64,000 bases of DNA from Balanoglossus misakiensis (Eukaryota; Animalia; Hemichordata), in contig CM082578.2 of the NCBI GenBank assembly GCA_040954595.2, positions 3,826,831 through 3,890,830 of the forward strand. Reading direction: 5' to 3'. A model generated the notes under the pieces. The model was not told the origin of the DNA. It ran no database searches and saw only the letters and a list, made by a program, of their open reading frames with translations. The translations under genes were made by a program, and so were the position numbers. Positions 25,637 to 40,600 of the stretch are shown here, piece by piece. Each line of letters opens with the position of its first letter. Position 1 is the stretch's first letter.

Positions 25637-28600
25637 TTGTTTGTGTGTGTGTGTCTGTCTGTCTGTGTGCACGATATCTCAAATACGGTTTCGATCAGCT
25701 TTGGTACACATGTTCTATATGCAAATGACAAGAAAAGATTAGTTTTTGTTGTGTGTGACTTGCGAATTAATCGAGTTATGAAAAAAATAGAACAAAAATG
25801 ATGACTTGACGAGGGTGCTATAACTTATTGAATAGGCGGTCGAGACAAACGTAACGCGAACGTGGAATCATTGACGCGCGTGCACAAACAGGGATTTGCC
25901 TAATGTTCGAGTGGTACACGATTACTTCTGACCATGATTGAGAGAAAACAGAACCAAAGGAGGTAAAGAAGTTTGATGTATTGTTATTTCGGGCAGCTTA
26001 CAGTAACAGCCAAGATGGCGGCTGCAATCCGGACAGTGACTTAGCAATATCGCCACCGATATCGCTGAACTCTGTTTTAGTAGGCCTAATTCAATCAGAA
26101 CTCAGCTAGGCATTTGAACCCATGCATTGGATGCATTTATCTCGCAACTCTTATCAGATCATGGAATTGTTACATCTCCTGGTACAGCTCATTTTGCAGG
26201 GTAGGTTATGCTCAGTGCATAAAAGCGACTAACAAAAGATTTAATAAAACATACCCGATATGCTGTTTTTTCAACAGTGTCATTAATTTTTGTGTAGGTA
26301 AATACCATGTAAGGTGTACAATATCACTATACTTGCTTACGTCCGCTGGGACTTCAAGCAGATGGTGCCTTCCAAGTTTGAACTCGGCGCGTGACACATG
26401 TGATTGTCCAACGAGTTAGGTCACGTCCCTGACCCTGACGTTTGTCAAAGTCGTTGACGGTTGTGCTGTGAAAAGGACACCGATTTCAAATTTCATACCG
26501 CGGTTTAACGCAGCAGACGTACGCTCAAAACAACTGCACAGCGCACTGATCTGTGAAAATATACTGTCGCTTCAAAGTACGGATTCACGGTTTATGTCCA
26601 CAACATAGAATCGGGCGATCGGAAGAAACCCCGGGCCAACGGTGCACCGAACAACACCGTTCCCGCGCTGAAGTGGATCCCACAATGCAATGTCTGTCCA
26701 CACCACAAAGGCCACGCAAAATACCTTTCATACATGTGACATTTTAAAATGCGTCTTATTGAAAACAGGGTTTACTGTCTTACCTTATGATAGAAACAGT
26801 GTTGCAAGGATTTTTTCAAAGCTACTATTCACAGTAGTTTTTGTTCTTTAAGTGGAAAAACTGTATTGGTTTATTATCGGTGTGTGGTTTTTGTCCTCCT
26901 TTTCCTGGAATACTAACAGTGAAGTGCATGTGCTAGATCAAAATAGATTTTTTTATTCTATTTCGGGAAAGAAATGGCGTTGTTTTCTATTCTGCAGCAT
27001 CGTTCGACTTAACCACCACACTGAATGGTATGGTGGCTACATACCAGCTATGTGAGAAGCTTGGGTTGCGTCTTCTAACTGACACCACTAAATGGAAAAC
27101 CGACCAGTACTGTGTGCCCTTTAGAGCAGCTGCAGATCGACAGTGGGATATAAAAATATGGATTGATGCCACCATCACGGCAGATGGCACTGTGAAGACA
27201 AGCAGCGGTTTGATATTGGAACACACGCGTTTTGCTCCCAATCAGACTCTTGACGTCGGATCGTGTATTTACGTAATGTGAGTTGCTGTCTCTTCAAGCT
27301 AATTTCCACATTGCCAGACAGTAGATACTAGTATAGTTTGTCATTGCTTTCATTATGTTGACTGTTATAGAGTTTGAACTTTTGAGATTACATAGGAGAA
27401 ATGATGGCAATTGAATAATTTGAATATGTGTGTAATTAGAATATGTGTGGGGGGAGTTAGTAGGTAGGCAATGGACTCCCTCGCGTATGGTTCTTTGAAA
27501 CCCCATTGGAACAGACAACAAATTGGTGTCGTATAAACCTTCAGTGTATTGTGTCGAAACGTTTAACGGAGGACAGAACGACACGTGCAAGGACGCTTAC
27601 ACATGTAAAGTCTTGTCAACTACAAGCCTATTCGAAAAACTAACGTGGCTACTTCTACCCCCCCCCCCCCAAAGTAGCAATTTTGCGGGAAAAAACACTC
27701 AGCGGTGATTGGGCACTACTGCAGCATCTCTGGCAGGGCGTCTACGGGTAGAATCTTCTGCCTTTCGGTTTGTGAAGTGCGGCGTTGGTGTTGTGTCCAC
27801 GGGTATACTTCAACGTCCGTACTGGATTACAATCCGTCATCCATCGGACTATGATTCGCGAAAGAGAGTTCCTTAGAGACGACTTGCAATGGATACAGCT
27901 TGTGTATGGGTATGTTTGTTGGACCATTAACAGTGTCTAGTTTGGCGGAACATGCAAGTTTATCGTTCCCGTAAATAAGCTTGCGTACCGTTCCCAAATG
28001 CCATTTCAAGCGTTTGTCGGTGTAACTATGGATAATTACAACGTCCCCGACTTTGACAACATTGACCCCCCCCCCCCCCCCATTGTCTATATTTCCGGTT
28101 GCTCCGTGTCTCTCACGGACCGCAGTCAAATACTCAGGCGACCATCTTCGCCAAAACTGTTCGTGCAGTCTGGACAAGTGTTCATATCTCTTGTTGACTT
28201 GGTGATTGTCAGAGTACGTTGGATCAAGTGTCTCTTCTTCAGTGACCACTACGTAGGGTAGCAAGGTCAACATTCTGCCGTGAAGCAGGTGATTTGGGGT
28301 CAGCGCTAGACGAAACATACATTTGTAAGTTAGCGGTCGGTAATTCAAGACTGTTTCAATTTCAGTCACGACATTGGCGAGTCCATCGAATGACATCAGC
28401 GCACGACCAAGCGTTTTCTTTATCGCGTTTTTGTCAGACCAATTAGCCTCTCCCAGAAGCCGCCGAACCAGGGAGCTCGCTTTGGTATAAACATCTAAAC
28501 ATCCACTGTACTCGATGTGCGGCGAAAAAGTCATTGACTTCGGGAGGTCGAGCAATTCTTTGATTTCCTCGGCTGTAGACAAATAGGTTGAGGCGTTATC

Positions 28601-31600
28601 AGATAACATGCGACTCGGCAAAGAGAGCATCTCGCGACAAATCTTCTGAACGCGTGCATAAAAAGTCTTTGTTGACATGTCTGGCACCAGCTTAAGGTGA
28701 ACGGCACGCGTCACTGCGCACGTAAACAAACAGATATACATGTATGCTTTGCCTCGCGTTCCATCTTTCGATTTGGTATACAGATTTCCAGTGAAGTCTA
28801 AGTCCGTTACTGAAAACGGACGAGCTATATTCACACGGTAGCTCGGCAACGGAGCTTCTACGGGTTTTGTGTAAGGTTTCCCGGTAACCTTGTCGCATAC
28901 CACACGTTTACGTAAATATTGCGTACGATGATGCGTATTTTGGGGATCCAACATGTTTGTCTAATTCGTGTCACTGTAGATTGGACTCCCTCGTGTAACA
29001 TCAATTTGTGCGCCTTCCATACGATTAAAGCGGGTAGATCGTCTTATTTTATCCTTTGTTGATAAACATTATTTTTACCCACAATGCACCTGTTTCCATG
29101 TGTGCAAGCAAGATTCAAGATGGATGCGGCTTAGGTGGTGTGGGTCACGCGCAACACACCATGGGGGTTCCAACGTCAGTAACCGTTCATTTGACTTCCG
29201 GCTCGCCTCGAGTACACACGTTAGCAGTGTCTGGACGATAGCTTTCTTTGGACCTTTTACGTAGGATATTTTCGATTTTTGTGACACCGGACATTTAGTT
29301 GCGCACAGATTGGTACCAAGTTCGTTCTCTGTGATATTTTCGGCTCGCTTGACAGGTTTAACCGTCTATTCGGATCGATGTACTGGCCGCGGGGCTATGC
29401 GCATACGCTGGCGGGGCGCGCGTAGCTGCATGATGGCCGCCGAGCGTGAAAAGCTTTACCGTAGGCCAACATACCTTTGCAGCTTTTCGATTCGTTCTAT
29501 TACAGCTTAGTTTTCTTCTCAAATATGTACAGTATTTTTTAAATATCTCACACCAAACCGCAAATAAACGAAAACCAGAAGACTTTTTTTATTTTACGCA
29601 CAATTACAAGAAACCTACATACATGTTTGTAAATATGTGCTGGTTAGTTACGCAAGTCAAACGGCGCACGGTCTTAACTACCACATAAAAAATCCTATGT
29701 AAGTGCTTGAAAGAAAATTGTATTGCCACTGGAATGGTACCGATTGCGCACAGAAAGCTACACGCGTGACACTGCTAGGTCGACCATGTTTTGCTCATGA
29801 AGAGCGGGTTAAACCGGAAGTGACGTCGTGACCCACACCACCTTGATGCGGCTGAATGTTTTTTCTCGCTAAAAGTTCGAAAGGGGCCGTTGTACAAGTT
29901 TTGAGCTGTTTTGGGGTGCTTCTATGTGCCGTATGATTGAGGTGTTCTCGGTAACGGCGATTTGTCCATGGGTTTTGTTTTGAAGTTGGAAATTCTAGTC
30001 GAAACTACTGCGCAACAGATCGGTTGGGGCGGCACTGGCCATAAGACACAGCTTGCCACAAATAGCATGGTTTCCACAATCAGCTTGTGCTTTTTGATCA
30101 TTCACACTAAGTTCATCTTGAACCCAAATGATTCTTTTAGTGACAAACCGCCCACTATTCAACAATTGTGTATTTCTGACAGTGCACGCGCCTGTTTATG
30201 CGGCGCAATTTTACGATGATATGTACATGTATTCCCCTGTAGCGCGAATAAGCCCTGCTTTGCCGGGAGCACGCAGACCTATATCAGGGCTAGTACTACC
30301 GTAACGAGATTAAATTGCTCAACGTCCCACACCAAAGACGACCCCGTAACATTGCCGACCTCACTACGAACTGAAAGCACCCCTTGGAATAAACCTTAGC
30401 TCAGTTCTTTAACGACATTTAATCTTCAAACAAATTTGTTTTAGCTGGCGCAGAGACGCCAAAACGTGTGACACTGTAAATCATCGCTGCGCGGAGCTGC
30501 CTAAGTGACATCGACTGTGTCCTGACCGCGGCTGCGCCCGAGCATACTTAGCAATTATCGCTGCAAATCTCAGCCAATTCGTGCAGTTTTCCTCTCGGTC
30601 GGTTATCATTTCTTTCGGGCAGAATATACTGGTAGTTTGTACAGCGTCATAAAATATACGTCAAACGCAGTCTGCCTCCACGAGAGCGAGGATGATTACT
30701 GTACACGGCAGTGGTACTTCTATCTTCCGGGCCCAGCTTACAAGCTGCCCGGTGTTCTGTGTGCGATCTACACTGCCTGGGAATACCCTTTCTCGTACGC
30801 AAAGCGAAAGAACCATCTTCAGTTTTCCTCTCGGTCGATTATAATTTCTCTGTTCGAACACAGAATATACTGACATTTTGTAAAACTTCATAAAATGTAC
30901 GTCAATCGCAATCTGCCTCCACGAGAGCGAGGATGATTACTGTACACGGCAGCGGTACTTCTATCTGCCGGGCCCAGCTTACAAGCAGCCCAGTGTTCTG
31001 CGCGCGCTCTACACTGCCTGGTAATACCTGTTCTCGTACGCTAAGCGAAAGAACCATCTTCAGTTTTCCTCTCAGTCAATTATAAAATCTTTCCGATCGA
31101 TCACAGAATATACTGACATTTTGTAAAGCTTCATAAAATGTACGACGTCAATCGCAGTCTGCCTCCACGAGAGCGAGGATGATTACTGTACACGGCAGTG
31201 GTACTTCTATCTGCTGGGCCCAGCTTACAAGCAGCCCAGTGTTCTGCGCGCGATCTACACTGCCTGGTAATACCTGTTCTCGTACGCTAAGCGAAAGAAC
31301 CATCTTCAGTTTTCCTCTCAGTCGATTATAATTTCTTTCCGTCCGAACACAGAATATACTGACATTTTGTAAAGCTTCATAAAATGTACGTCAATCACAG
31401 TCTGCCTCCACGAGAGCTAGGATGATTACTGTACACGGCAGTGGTACTTCTATCTTCCGGGCCCAGCTTACAAGCTGCCCGGTGTTCTGCGCGCGAACTA
31501 CACTACCTTGGAATACATTTTCTCGCACGCAAAGCGAAAGAACCATCTTCAGTTTTCCTTTTAGTCGATTATAATTTCTTTCCGATCGAACACAGAATAT

Positions 31601-34600
31601 ACTGACATTTTGTAAAGCTTCATAAAATGAACGACGTCAATCGCAGTCTGCCTCCACGAGAGCGAGGATGATTACTGTACACGGCAGTGGTACTTCTATC
31701 TTCCGGGCCCAGCTTACAAGCTGCCCGGTGTTCTGCGCGCGATATACACTACCTGGGAATACCTTTTCTCGTACGCAAAGCGAAAGAACCATCTTCAGTT
31801 TTCCTCTCAGTCGATTATAATTTCTTTCCGATCGAACACAGAATATACTGACATTTTGTAAAGCTTCATAAAATGAACGACGTCAATCGCAGTCTGCCTC
31901 CACGAGAGCGAGGATGATTACTGTACACGGCAGTGGTACTTCTATCTTCCGGGCCCAGCTTACAAGCTGCCCGGTGTTCTGCGCGCGATCTACACTGCCT
32001 GGGAATACCTTTTCTCGTACGCAAAGTGAAAGAACCATCTTCAGTTTTCCTCTCAGTCGATTATAATTTCTTTCCGTCTGAACACAGAATATGCCCTGAC
32101 AATTTGTAAAGCTTCATAAAATGTACGTCAATCGCAGTCTGCCTCCACGAGAGCGAGGATGATTACTGTACACGGCAGTGGTACTTCTATCTTCCGGGCC
32201 CAGCTTACAAGCTGCCCGGTGTTCTGCGCGCGATCTACACTGCCTGGGAATACCTTTTCTCGTACGCAAAGTGAAAGAACCATCTTCAGTTTTCCTCTCA
32301 GTCGATTATAATTTCTTTCCGTCTGAACACAGAATATGCCCTGACAATTTGTAAAGCTTCATAAAATGTACGTCAATCGCAGTCTGCCTCCACGAGAGCG
32401 AGGATGATTACTGTACATGGCAGTGGTACTTCTATCTTCCAGGCCCAGCTTACAAGGTGCCCGGTGTTCTGTGCGCGATCTACACTGCCTAGGAATACCT
32501 TTTCTCGTACGCAAAGCTGGTCCGTTGAGAAATAGTTTATAGCTATTGGAAGCCCGCCCTCACATACCGGAAATGAGCACTTATATGTGACCTCTTATGA
32601 ACCCTGTTTTTACCGCCATTTCTGTTTACACGTCGTGAACACTGTACGGACACTGTTCCTGTGAAACCTGTTGGTTTACTGTTTTGCTCGCCGATTTACT
32701 GTTCTGGAGTTACAGTGGAGTCTTGCCAAAGAAGTAAGAACTCTTTGCTATTGTTTTTAGATGTTTCAGATGTTAGATCGTGTTGTTTAGACTGTTCGAG
32801 AAATGCTATCAAATATATCAGACTGTCAGTTCAGTTGATTATGGCCGTTTGCACGCCTGTTATCCGTTTTTCAGTATTGAAAATATGGTCGGTTTTCGTG
32901 AATTACTGATAGAGACTGTTGAATCAGTGAATATAGACTGCCTGTTTTCAGATGTTATTCAGAGCGATGGACATGAACCGGCTGTCCGTTTGAGAGGACC
33001 TTTCAGTGTTGAATGCAAACAGCTATCTGGCCATGTCGATTTTGTGTTTAGTTACACAAACGAGGATTGATGGTCACGCTTGTGTAGAGGCGTGTTTTGG
33101 ATTCACTTGTACTTATTGTGAATTGTTGTGATTGTTACGTTTTCAGATCGAATAAAGTAAAGTATCTCAGAGCGAGTTTATTTTAACTTATACGGTTACC
33201 AAGACTCTGCTGCCTGTTGTTTGGTCAACATTCCCTGAGGGTCGCATCATTCAATTTCTATAAACTGCTAATCCGGATCCTAGAGAGTGTGGATATATGA
33301 TGGCGGACACTGAGAATCAAGCGAACGAAGCAAAGAAGAAAAGAAGGAATGCCAAATCGTCACTGACTCGTCACGGTAATGGCCTGAGAACTCTGATAGA
33401 CAATTACCGTCCCAGAAATGAAATTGATCAGTCACTGCAGAAGTTTATTGAAGTATATGATGACCTGATTCAGAAACATGAACAATATATTCAGTATATT
33501 GATGATGATGAAGAGTTTGAACATGAAGAAATATGGGTAGAAGAATGCCAACAGAAATTCATAAGTATGAAAAGTCAAGCAATAGATTATGAAAACAGAA
33601 GTCACAATGAACACTGATGATGTAGTGAATGCTAATGCTGAGACAGAAGACAACAATGAGAATGAAGATGCACATGAAGTGATTGAAAACAATGCTGGTG
33701 CCCCAAACCCTGCAACAGACAATACTGGACATGATGATGATGTGATTGTACAACATGCTGAACTGCCCGCTAAGCCCCACCTGTCTTGCAGTTTTAAAAT
33801 GGAAAAGCCAAAGCTTCCGAAGTTTACAGGTGATGTCCGTGAATATTTCACATTCCGAGCTGATTTCAAGCACATGGTTGACAAGAGATACAGTAAACGT
33901 GATGATGTTGCACTGCTGCGCACCTGTTTGCAAGTTAAACCACTTGACCTGATCAAAGGCTTAGGCACAGATTATGATGCTGCATGGGAATACCTAGACT
34001 CAATTTACGGGGATCCACGGTTTGTAGCAGACATTATTATGCAAGATATTGTGAAGTTCAAGACGTTACGAGATGATGAAGACGGTCGCTTTTGTGAATT
34101 AGTACACCTAGTGAGACGCAGTTACAATGTATTGAAATAAGTAGGCAGACCACATGATATGGACAACAATCACATTCTGGCAATGATAGAAAAGAAAATG
34201 AGTGCTGATGACTGGAAAGTTTGGTGTCGTTTACTTGAGACTGAAAACCAGCCTGCATCAATGGAAGCGCTTATGGAGTGGATGACACAAGAAATGAAAT
34301 CCCGCATGAGAGCAACTGCCCCATTACGTAATCCAGCGCAAAATACATGTATGTATGCTAAGCAGTCAACTACATATCAGAGACCAAAGCTGCAACGCAT
34401 TACAAGTGTTGGATATGCCAGTCATCCGATCACTGAGTAGATCAGTGTAGAAAGTTGATGTCTATGTCTCCGGATGAACGGTTGAAGATGATAAAAGATG
34501 GTCATGCATGTTTCAGCTGTCTGAAGAAAGCCGGTAAGAACCACAGTGCAAAAACCTGTACTAGACGCCGTCAATGTCAAGAAATGAACAATGGTATGCG

Positions 34601-37600
34601 ATGTAACCTGTTCCACCATCCCCTGCTACATACTGGTAGAAAACCTGTCGCAGCAGCTAGGTCAGACAACAACACTGTTGGCGTGGCAACCATATACAGC
34701 AAAGAGACACTACTGCCTGTCGTCTTAGTAAATGTGATTGATAACCAAAGTAGACAGCAGACCGCCAATGCACTGTTAGATTCTGGTGCACAGATCAGTC
34801 TGATCAAGACATCACTAGCAGAAAGTCTGCAGCTCAGAGGTAAAAATATGAATACTACTATTACGAAGGTAGGAGGTGAAGAGGAAGAGCTCTGCACAAA
34901 GATGTATGCCGTCCCTGTCCGCCCCATTAACAAGAAGCAGATTTTCACTGTCAAAGCAGTTGGCATCCCCTCAAACAGTGGAGACATAACGGAAGTGAAT
35001 GTCGTTGAACTGTCACAGCAACTGAACATCAAGCCATATGAAGTCCACCGAGGAAGTGGATCAGTCAACCTGTTGATTGGCATCGATCATGTTAAGATGC
35101 ATGCTGGAAAAACTGTAGAAACTGATAACCTGATAGCCCGTCAGTCACCACTGGGTTGGGTGATATTTGGCGCATGAACTGGAACGCAGTCTAGAAACTG
35201 TCAAGTACTGCATATCAAGTTCTCAGCACCTGTTGGCTTGACTGATTTCTGGATGACTGAAGCCATGGGAGTAGCTGTGAAGTCATGTACATGTAAACCG
35301 CATAACCTGAGTCCTGCAGAAGCAGAAGAAGCAAGAATTATTGATGAATCCTGTATCAAAGTTGGAAACCAGTGGTTTATACCGTATCCTTGGAAGAAGA
35401 ATCCGAGTCTGCTACCTGATAACAGAATCCAAGCTGAGAAGAAACTGTATGCAACTGAGAGAACCAGACTGGTCCTGTTGACTATATTGCGCATCATGAA
35501 GTCCTGAAACGAGAAAGTAAAAGTACGCCGATCCGTATTGTTTTCAACTCGTCAGCTGTATACGAAGGACATTGAATGACTACTGGATGAAAGATCTAGA
35601 TCTGCTCAACAATCTGTTCGGAGTCATGCTGAGATTCCGTGAAAATGAAACCGCAGTTATTGGTGACATATCGAAGATGTACCACAGAATCCTGATACCA
35701 GAAACTGATCAGCATGTACACAGATTTCTATGGAGAAATTTGGATGTCAGTAAGAAACCTGAAATCTATGTGAAAACTGTTCTCACGTTTGGAGATAAAC
35801 CTGCACTCGCCATGGCTCAGACAGCCCTGATACGTACAGCGGAGGAAGGACAGAGGAAGTATCCTGAAGCCGCACGTATACTGAAAGAAAACACATACAT
35901 GGATGATATTTGTGATTCTGTCCATGCTGTAGATGAAGCCCAGAAACTGACAAAGCAGATAGATGAAGTCCTGGCTGAAGGTGGATTCAAAGTGAAAGGA
36001 TGGATGTCAAACATGCCACTGAATGAAGAGCCACCCGATGCAGATGAACCGAAACTGAAGACTCTCCCAAATGTAACAGAAGAAAAAGTACTAGGAACAG
36101 TATAGGAGCCGAGAGAAGATGTTCTCAGCTTCAAAGTTAGCCCAAACTTTGACAGATATGTAAACCCAGAAGAACCTGATGATCTGAAGCTGACAAAGAG
36201 AAGAATTCTGAGTGAAGTTGCACGTATTTTCGACCCTATTGGCTTTGCCACAGCTTTCCTGATTCGGGCAAAGATAGGTATGCAACAGTTATGGCAACAA
36301 GGTTTTGACTGGGATGAGGAGTTACCAGAGCAATTACAGTACCAATGGATGAAGCTGTTCAGAGAGATGAATGAGCTAAACAATGCAAGCTTCAACAGAT
36401 GTCTTACACCGCCCGATGTTGCTGGAGATCCGATACTCTGTATATTTTCTGATGCCTCTGATGAAGCTTTTGGTGCCTGTGCGTATTTGAGATGGCAACT
36501 GATTGATGGTACATATGATGTGAGATTCATAGCAGCCAAATCACGTGTCGCACCGCTGAAGAAACTGACAACGCCGAGACTGGAACTACAAGCAGCAGTC
36601 GTAGCCAGTCGTCTGTACAAGACAATCACTGAAGAAACCAGATTCCAGATCCTGAAACCGATATTTATGACTGATAGTAGAATAGTGTTAGCCTGGATTC
36701 AGAGCCTGTCCAGAAGATTCAAGCCGTTTGTATCGAACCGAGCTGGAGAAATTCAGAGTAATACAAATCCGTCTGACTGGAGACACATACCTGGAGAATT
36801 CAATGTAGCAGATGATGTATCCCGTGGTATATCTGTTCAGCAGTTGACCAAACGCTGGCAACATGGCCCACAGTTCCTGTATTTACCAGAGTCAGAATGG
36901 CCACGAGAAGACTCTTGTACCGACCAGACTGAGATAGATAAGGAAGAGCGTAAAGTACAGCAGATCCTTGTCACACAGGAGAAACCTGAGATTATTGACT
37001 GTAGCAGATTCTCATCATGGGTGAGACTGATCAGAGTAACCGCATATGTCCAGAGATTCATTCAGAATCTACAAGCCAAGAAAAACGCAGCAACGATGAA
37101 GAATGGTCCCCTGTCACCTGAAGAACATGAGGACGCAGAAACATACTGGATAATCAGAGCACAGAGAAGTCTGCATGAACGCGTCACAGCTGGAGATTTC
37201 AAGACACTGAGTCCGTTCACAGATGAAAAGGGAAGACTGAGAGTTGGAGGACGAGTAAATGCCTCTTTCATGTCATATGAGTCAAGGCATCCAGTTCTGT
37301 TACCAAACCAACATCCTGTATCACTGTTGATTATGCAATACATGCATCAGATTGGACACACAGGAGTTGCAGTCACAGTAGCTAAAGCCAGAAGAAAGTA
37401 CTGGATCCTGAAAGCACAAAACCTGGCCAAGAAGATAAAGTTCAGATGTGTATACTGCTGAAAGAGAGACAGCAAAACTGAGACGCAGATCATGGGAAAT
37501 CTACCGATGCAGAGATTAGCCCCATACACACCGCCGTTTCACTACACCGCTTGTGATTACTTTGGACCGTACCAAGTGAAAATCAGCCGCAACAAGACAA

Positions 37601-40600
37601 CCAAGCATTATGGAGTAATATTAACCAGAGACCGATAGGAAGAATTCCTACAGATCCTGATGATGGAGCATATTTATGTCCGAATGACATGCTATTGGGA
37701 AGAGCATCCGCAGCGATTCCACAAGGACCGTTCCGAGAAACAAAGAACCCCAGACACAGAGAGGAATTTGTACAGAAGATTATTGATTCATTTTGGAAGA
37801 GATGGAGCAGAGATGTATTGCCGCATTTAGTACCGCACAGAAAATGGAGGCTAGAAAGACGCAATGTTCAAGTTGATGACATCATCACCGTAGCCGATTC
37901 TAACGCGATCCGAGGTAAATGGTATGTTGGTCGTATTCTTGAAGTTTACCCTGGACCCGATGGAAAAGTACTTAATGTGAAAGTGAAGACTGCCACAGGA
38001 GTCTACAAGAGACCAGTTACGAAGATAGCAGTTATATACCCAGCAGAAGGTTATGAGGATGAGACAGATGCCTCATCGGGGGGGAGCAAAATGGTCCGTT
38101 GAGAAATAGTTTATAGCTATTGTAGTGGAGCGGCCAAACCCCAATTTTCATCGCGATTGTGCATTTTGTGATAAAAGCACCAAACTTGGCTCAGTTGTGT
38201 GTTACTGTGTACTAAGCAAATTCAGATAGCGAGCCACTTAATATCTGTTAACGGGTAGCCATGGCAACCATTTTTAGGTCCCATTGGTATAGGCCTATAT
38301 ACCATGGGACCTTATGGGATGGGTTGCGTCTGTATGTATGTATGGATGGATGTATGTATGGATGTATGGATGTATGTCTGTATGTCCGTCCACATCAAAA
38401 ACTTGAAAACCGCTGCGCGTATCACCTCAATATTTGGTGTGTAGGTGCAGGCTGGGCTGTAGATGGGAGTTTGTCCAAACGAAGTTGCCAGGCCCAAAAA
38501 TATGCAAATTAGCTGGGAAAATGTGAAATTGATCAAAACTCTGTAAGTCAACAATTACTGGTGAGATTGCTTTGAAAATTGGTATGTATGTACCTTATGT
38601 CAACCTCACACCGACCTGTAAGTGTTAAGTTGATATCATGGATGTTTTATTTTTTATGAATTTTTTAGTCTTTTTATTAAATTTATACCTTTACTTATAC
38701 CTCTATGGTTAAGCTATGTCCACGTCTTATTGTGGAATTCTGGTCTGTGCAATAGTCCTGTACAGTGACTGTCTATTGGTCAATGAGCACAATGGGGCCA
38801 AAATAAAAGGCAAATTTTTGGGCTCACCTGTAACACCTGCGTAACACATTAATTATGTGCATACCTAATTCCGGGCTAACTAATAAGGCTAGAGGTTTCG
38901 TTCTTGTGGGACATGGACCAGTATAGGGTCAAAATTTCTTGCCCAAATTTTGGGTGACCTCAGGTGACCTTTGACCTACTTTCCTATATCTCAGCATCCA
39001 GAGCAGGTACAGACTTGGCGTTTGGAGGATTCGCACTAAATTTGAAAAGCCAAAATTGGGGGTCACCTGTGTCACCTGCATATCTCATTAATTATGTGCA
39101 TACCTAATTCCAGGCTAACCAATAAGGCTATAGGTTTGGTTTTTGTTGAACATGGACCAGTATAGGGTCAAAATTTCTTGCCCAAATTTTGCATGACCTT
39201 AGGTGACCTTTGACCTACTTTACCATATCTTGGCATCCAGAGCAGGTACAGACTTGGCGTTTGGAGGGTTGGCACTAAAATTGAAAAGCCAAAATTGGGG
39301 GTCACCTGTGACACCTGCATATCTCATTAATTATGTGCATACCTAATTACAGGCTAACCAATAAGGCTATATGTTTGTTTTTGTTGAACATGGACCAGTA
39401 TAGGGTCAAAATTTCTTGCCCAAATTTTGCATGACCTTAGGTGACCTTTGACCTACTTTACCATATCTTGGCATCCAGAGCAGGTACAGACTTGGCGTTT
39501 GGAGGGTTGGCACTAAAATTGAAAAGCCAAAATTGGGGGTCACCTGTGACACCTGCAAATCTCATTAATTATGTGCATACCTAATTCCAGGCTAACCAAT
39601 AAGGCTATAGGTTTGGTTTATATTGAACATGGACCAGTATAAGGTCAAAATTTCTTGCCCAAATTTTGCATGACCTCAGGTTACCTTTGACCTACTTTAT
39701 CATATATTGGCATCCAGAGCAGGTACAGACTTCGCGTTTGGAAGGTTGGGACTAAAATTGAAAAGCCAAAATTGGGGGTCACCTGTGACACCTGCATATC
39801 TCATTAATTATGTGCATACCTAATTACAGGCTAACCAATAGGGCTATAGGTTTGGTTTTTGTTGAACATGGACCAGTATAGGGTCAAAATTTCTTGCCCA
39901 AATTTTGCATGACCTCAGGTGACCTTTGACCTACTTTTCCATATCTTGGCATCCAGAGCAGTTATGCTTATTGCTATGTTGCTATGTGCTATGTCCTCAA
40001 ATGGGACCACAGTGTCCTTGACGCTATTTTTCAAAATGGCCGCCACTACATTAATCTTTCCCACAAAATAACGACTAAAGAACACCAAGGTACTTTCAGA
40101 TTATGATATTTGAAACCAGAAACTATAGAAAGGATGATTTGCAAAGTATTTGTGGTCGTCGAAATAGTTCTGAATATAGAATAAAGGATAAAACACAGTT
40201 TAACGTCTACAGTACAGCGGCATAACAAATCGATTGTGCATTTTGTGATACAAGCACCAAACTTGGCTCAGATGTGCATTAATGTGTAATAAACAAATTC
40301 AAATAGTGAGCCACAATATCTGTTGATGAGTTTCCATGGCAACTATTTTTTCATTTTTTTCAAAATGGCCGCCAATACAGATAATCTCACCCACAAAATA
40401 ACAATTATAAAACTCCAAAATAAATTCATATTACAAAATTTGAAACAAGAAACTGCTCAAAGAGTAATTTTCAAAATTTTTATCATCACTAAACTAGTTA
40501 AAGGGGTAAATACAGGATCGAGATTCAGTCGCTAAAGAAATTCAAGTTTGGTAATAACCACGATTATTATACACCTACTGCTGTAACCTATGGAGTTCCG

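Noticed and set aside
30586-32517. Regular repeats as a CRISPR array
   Set aside because: The whole ~243-bp unit is repeated with no unique spacers; eukaryotic context and no cas genes.
32661-33070. Duplicated ORFs at 32780 and 43528 as a gene pair
   Set aside because: Both lie in the LTRs of the inner BEL element.
33432-37864. Long minus-strand ORFs
   Set aside because: Antisense shadows of the BEL gag-pol frame.
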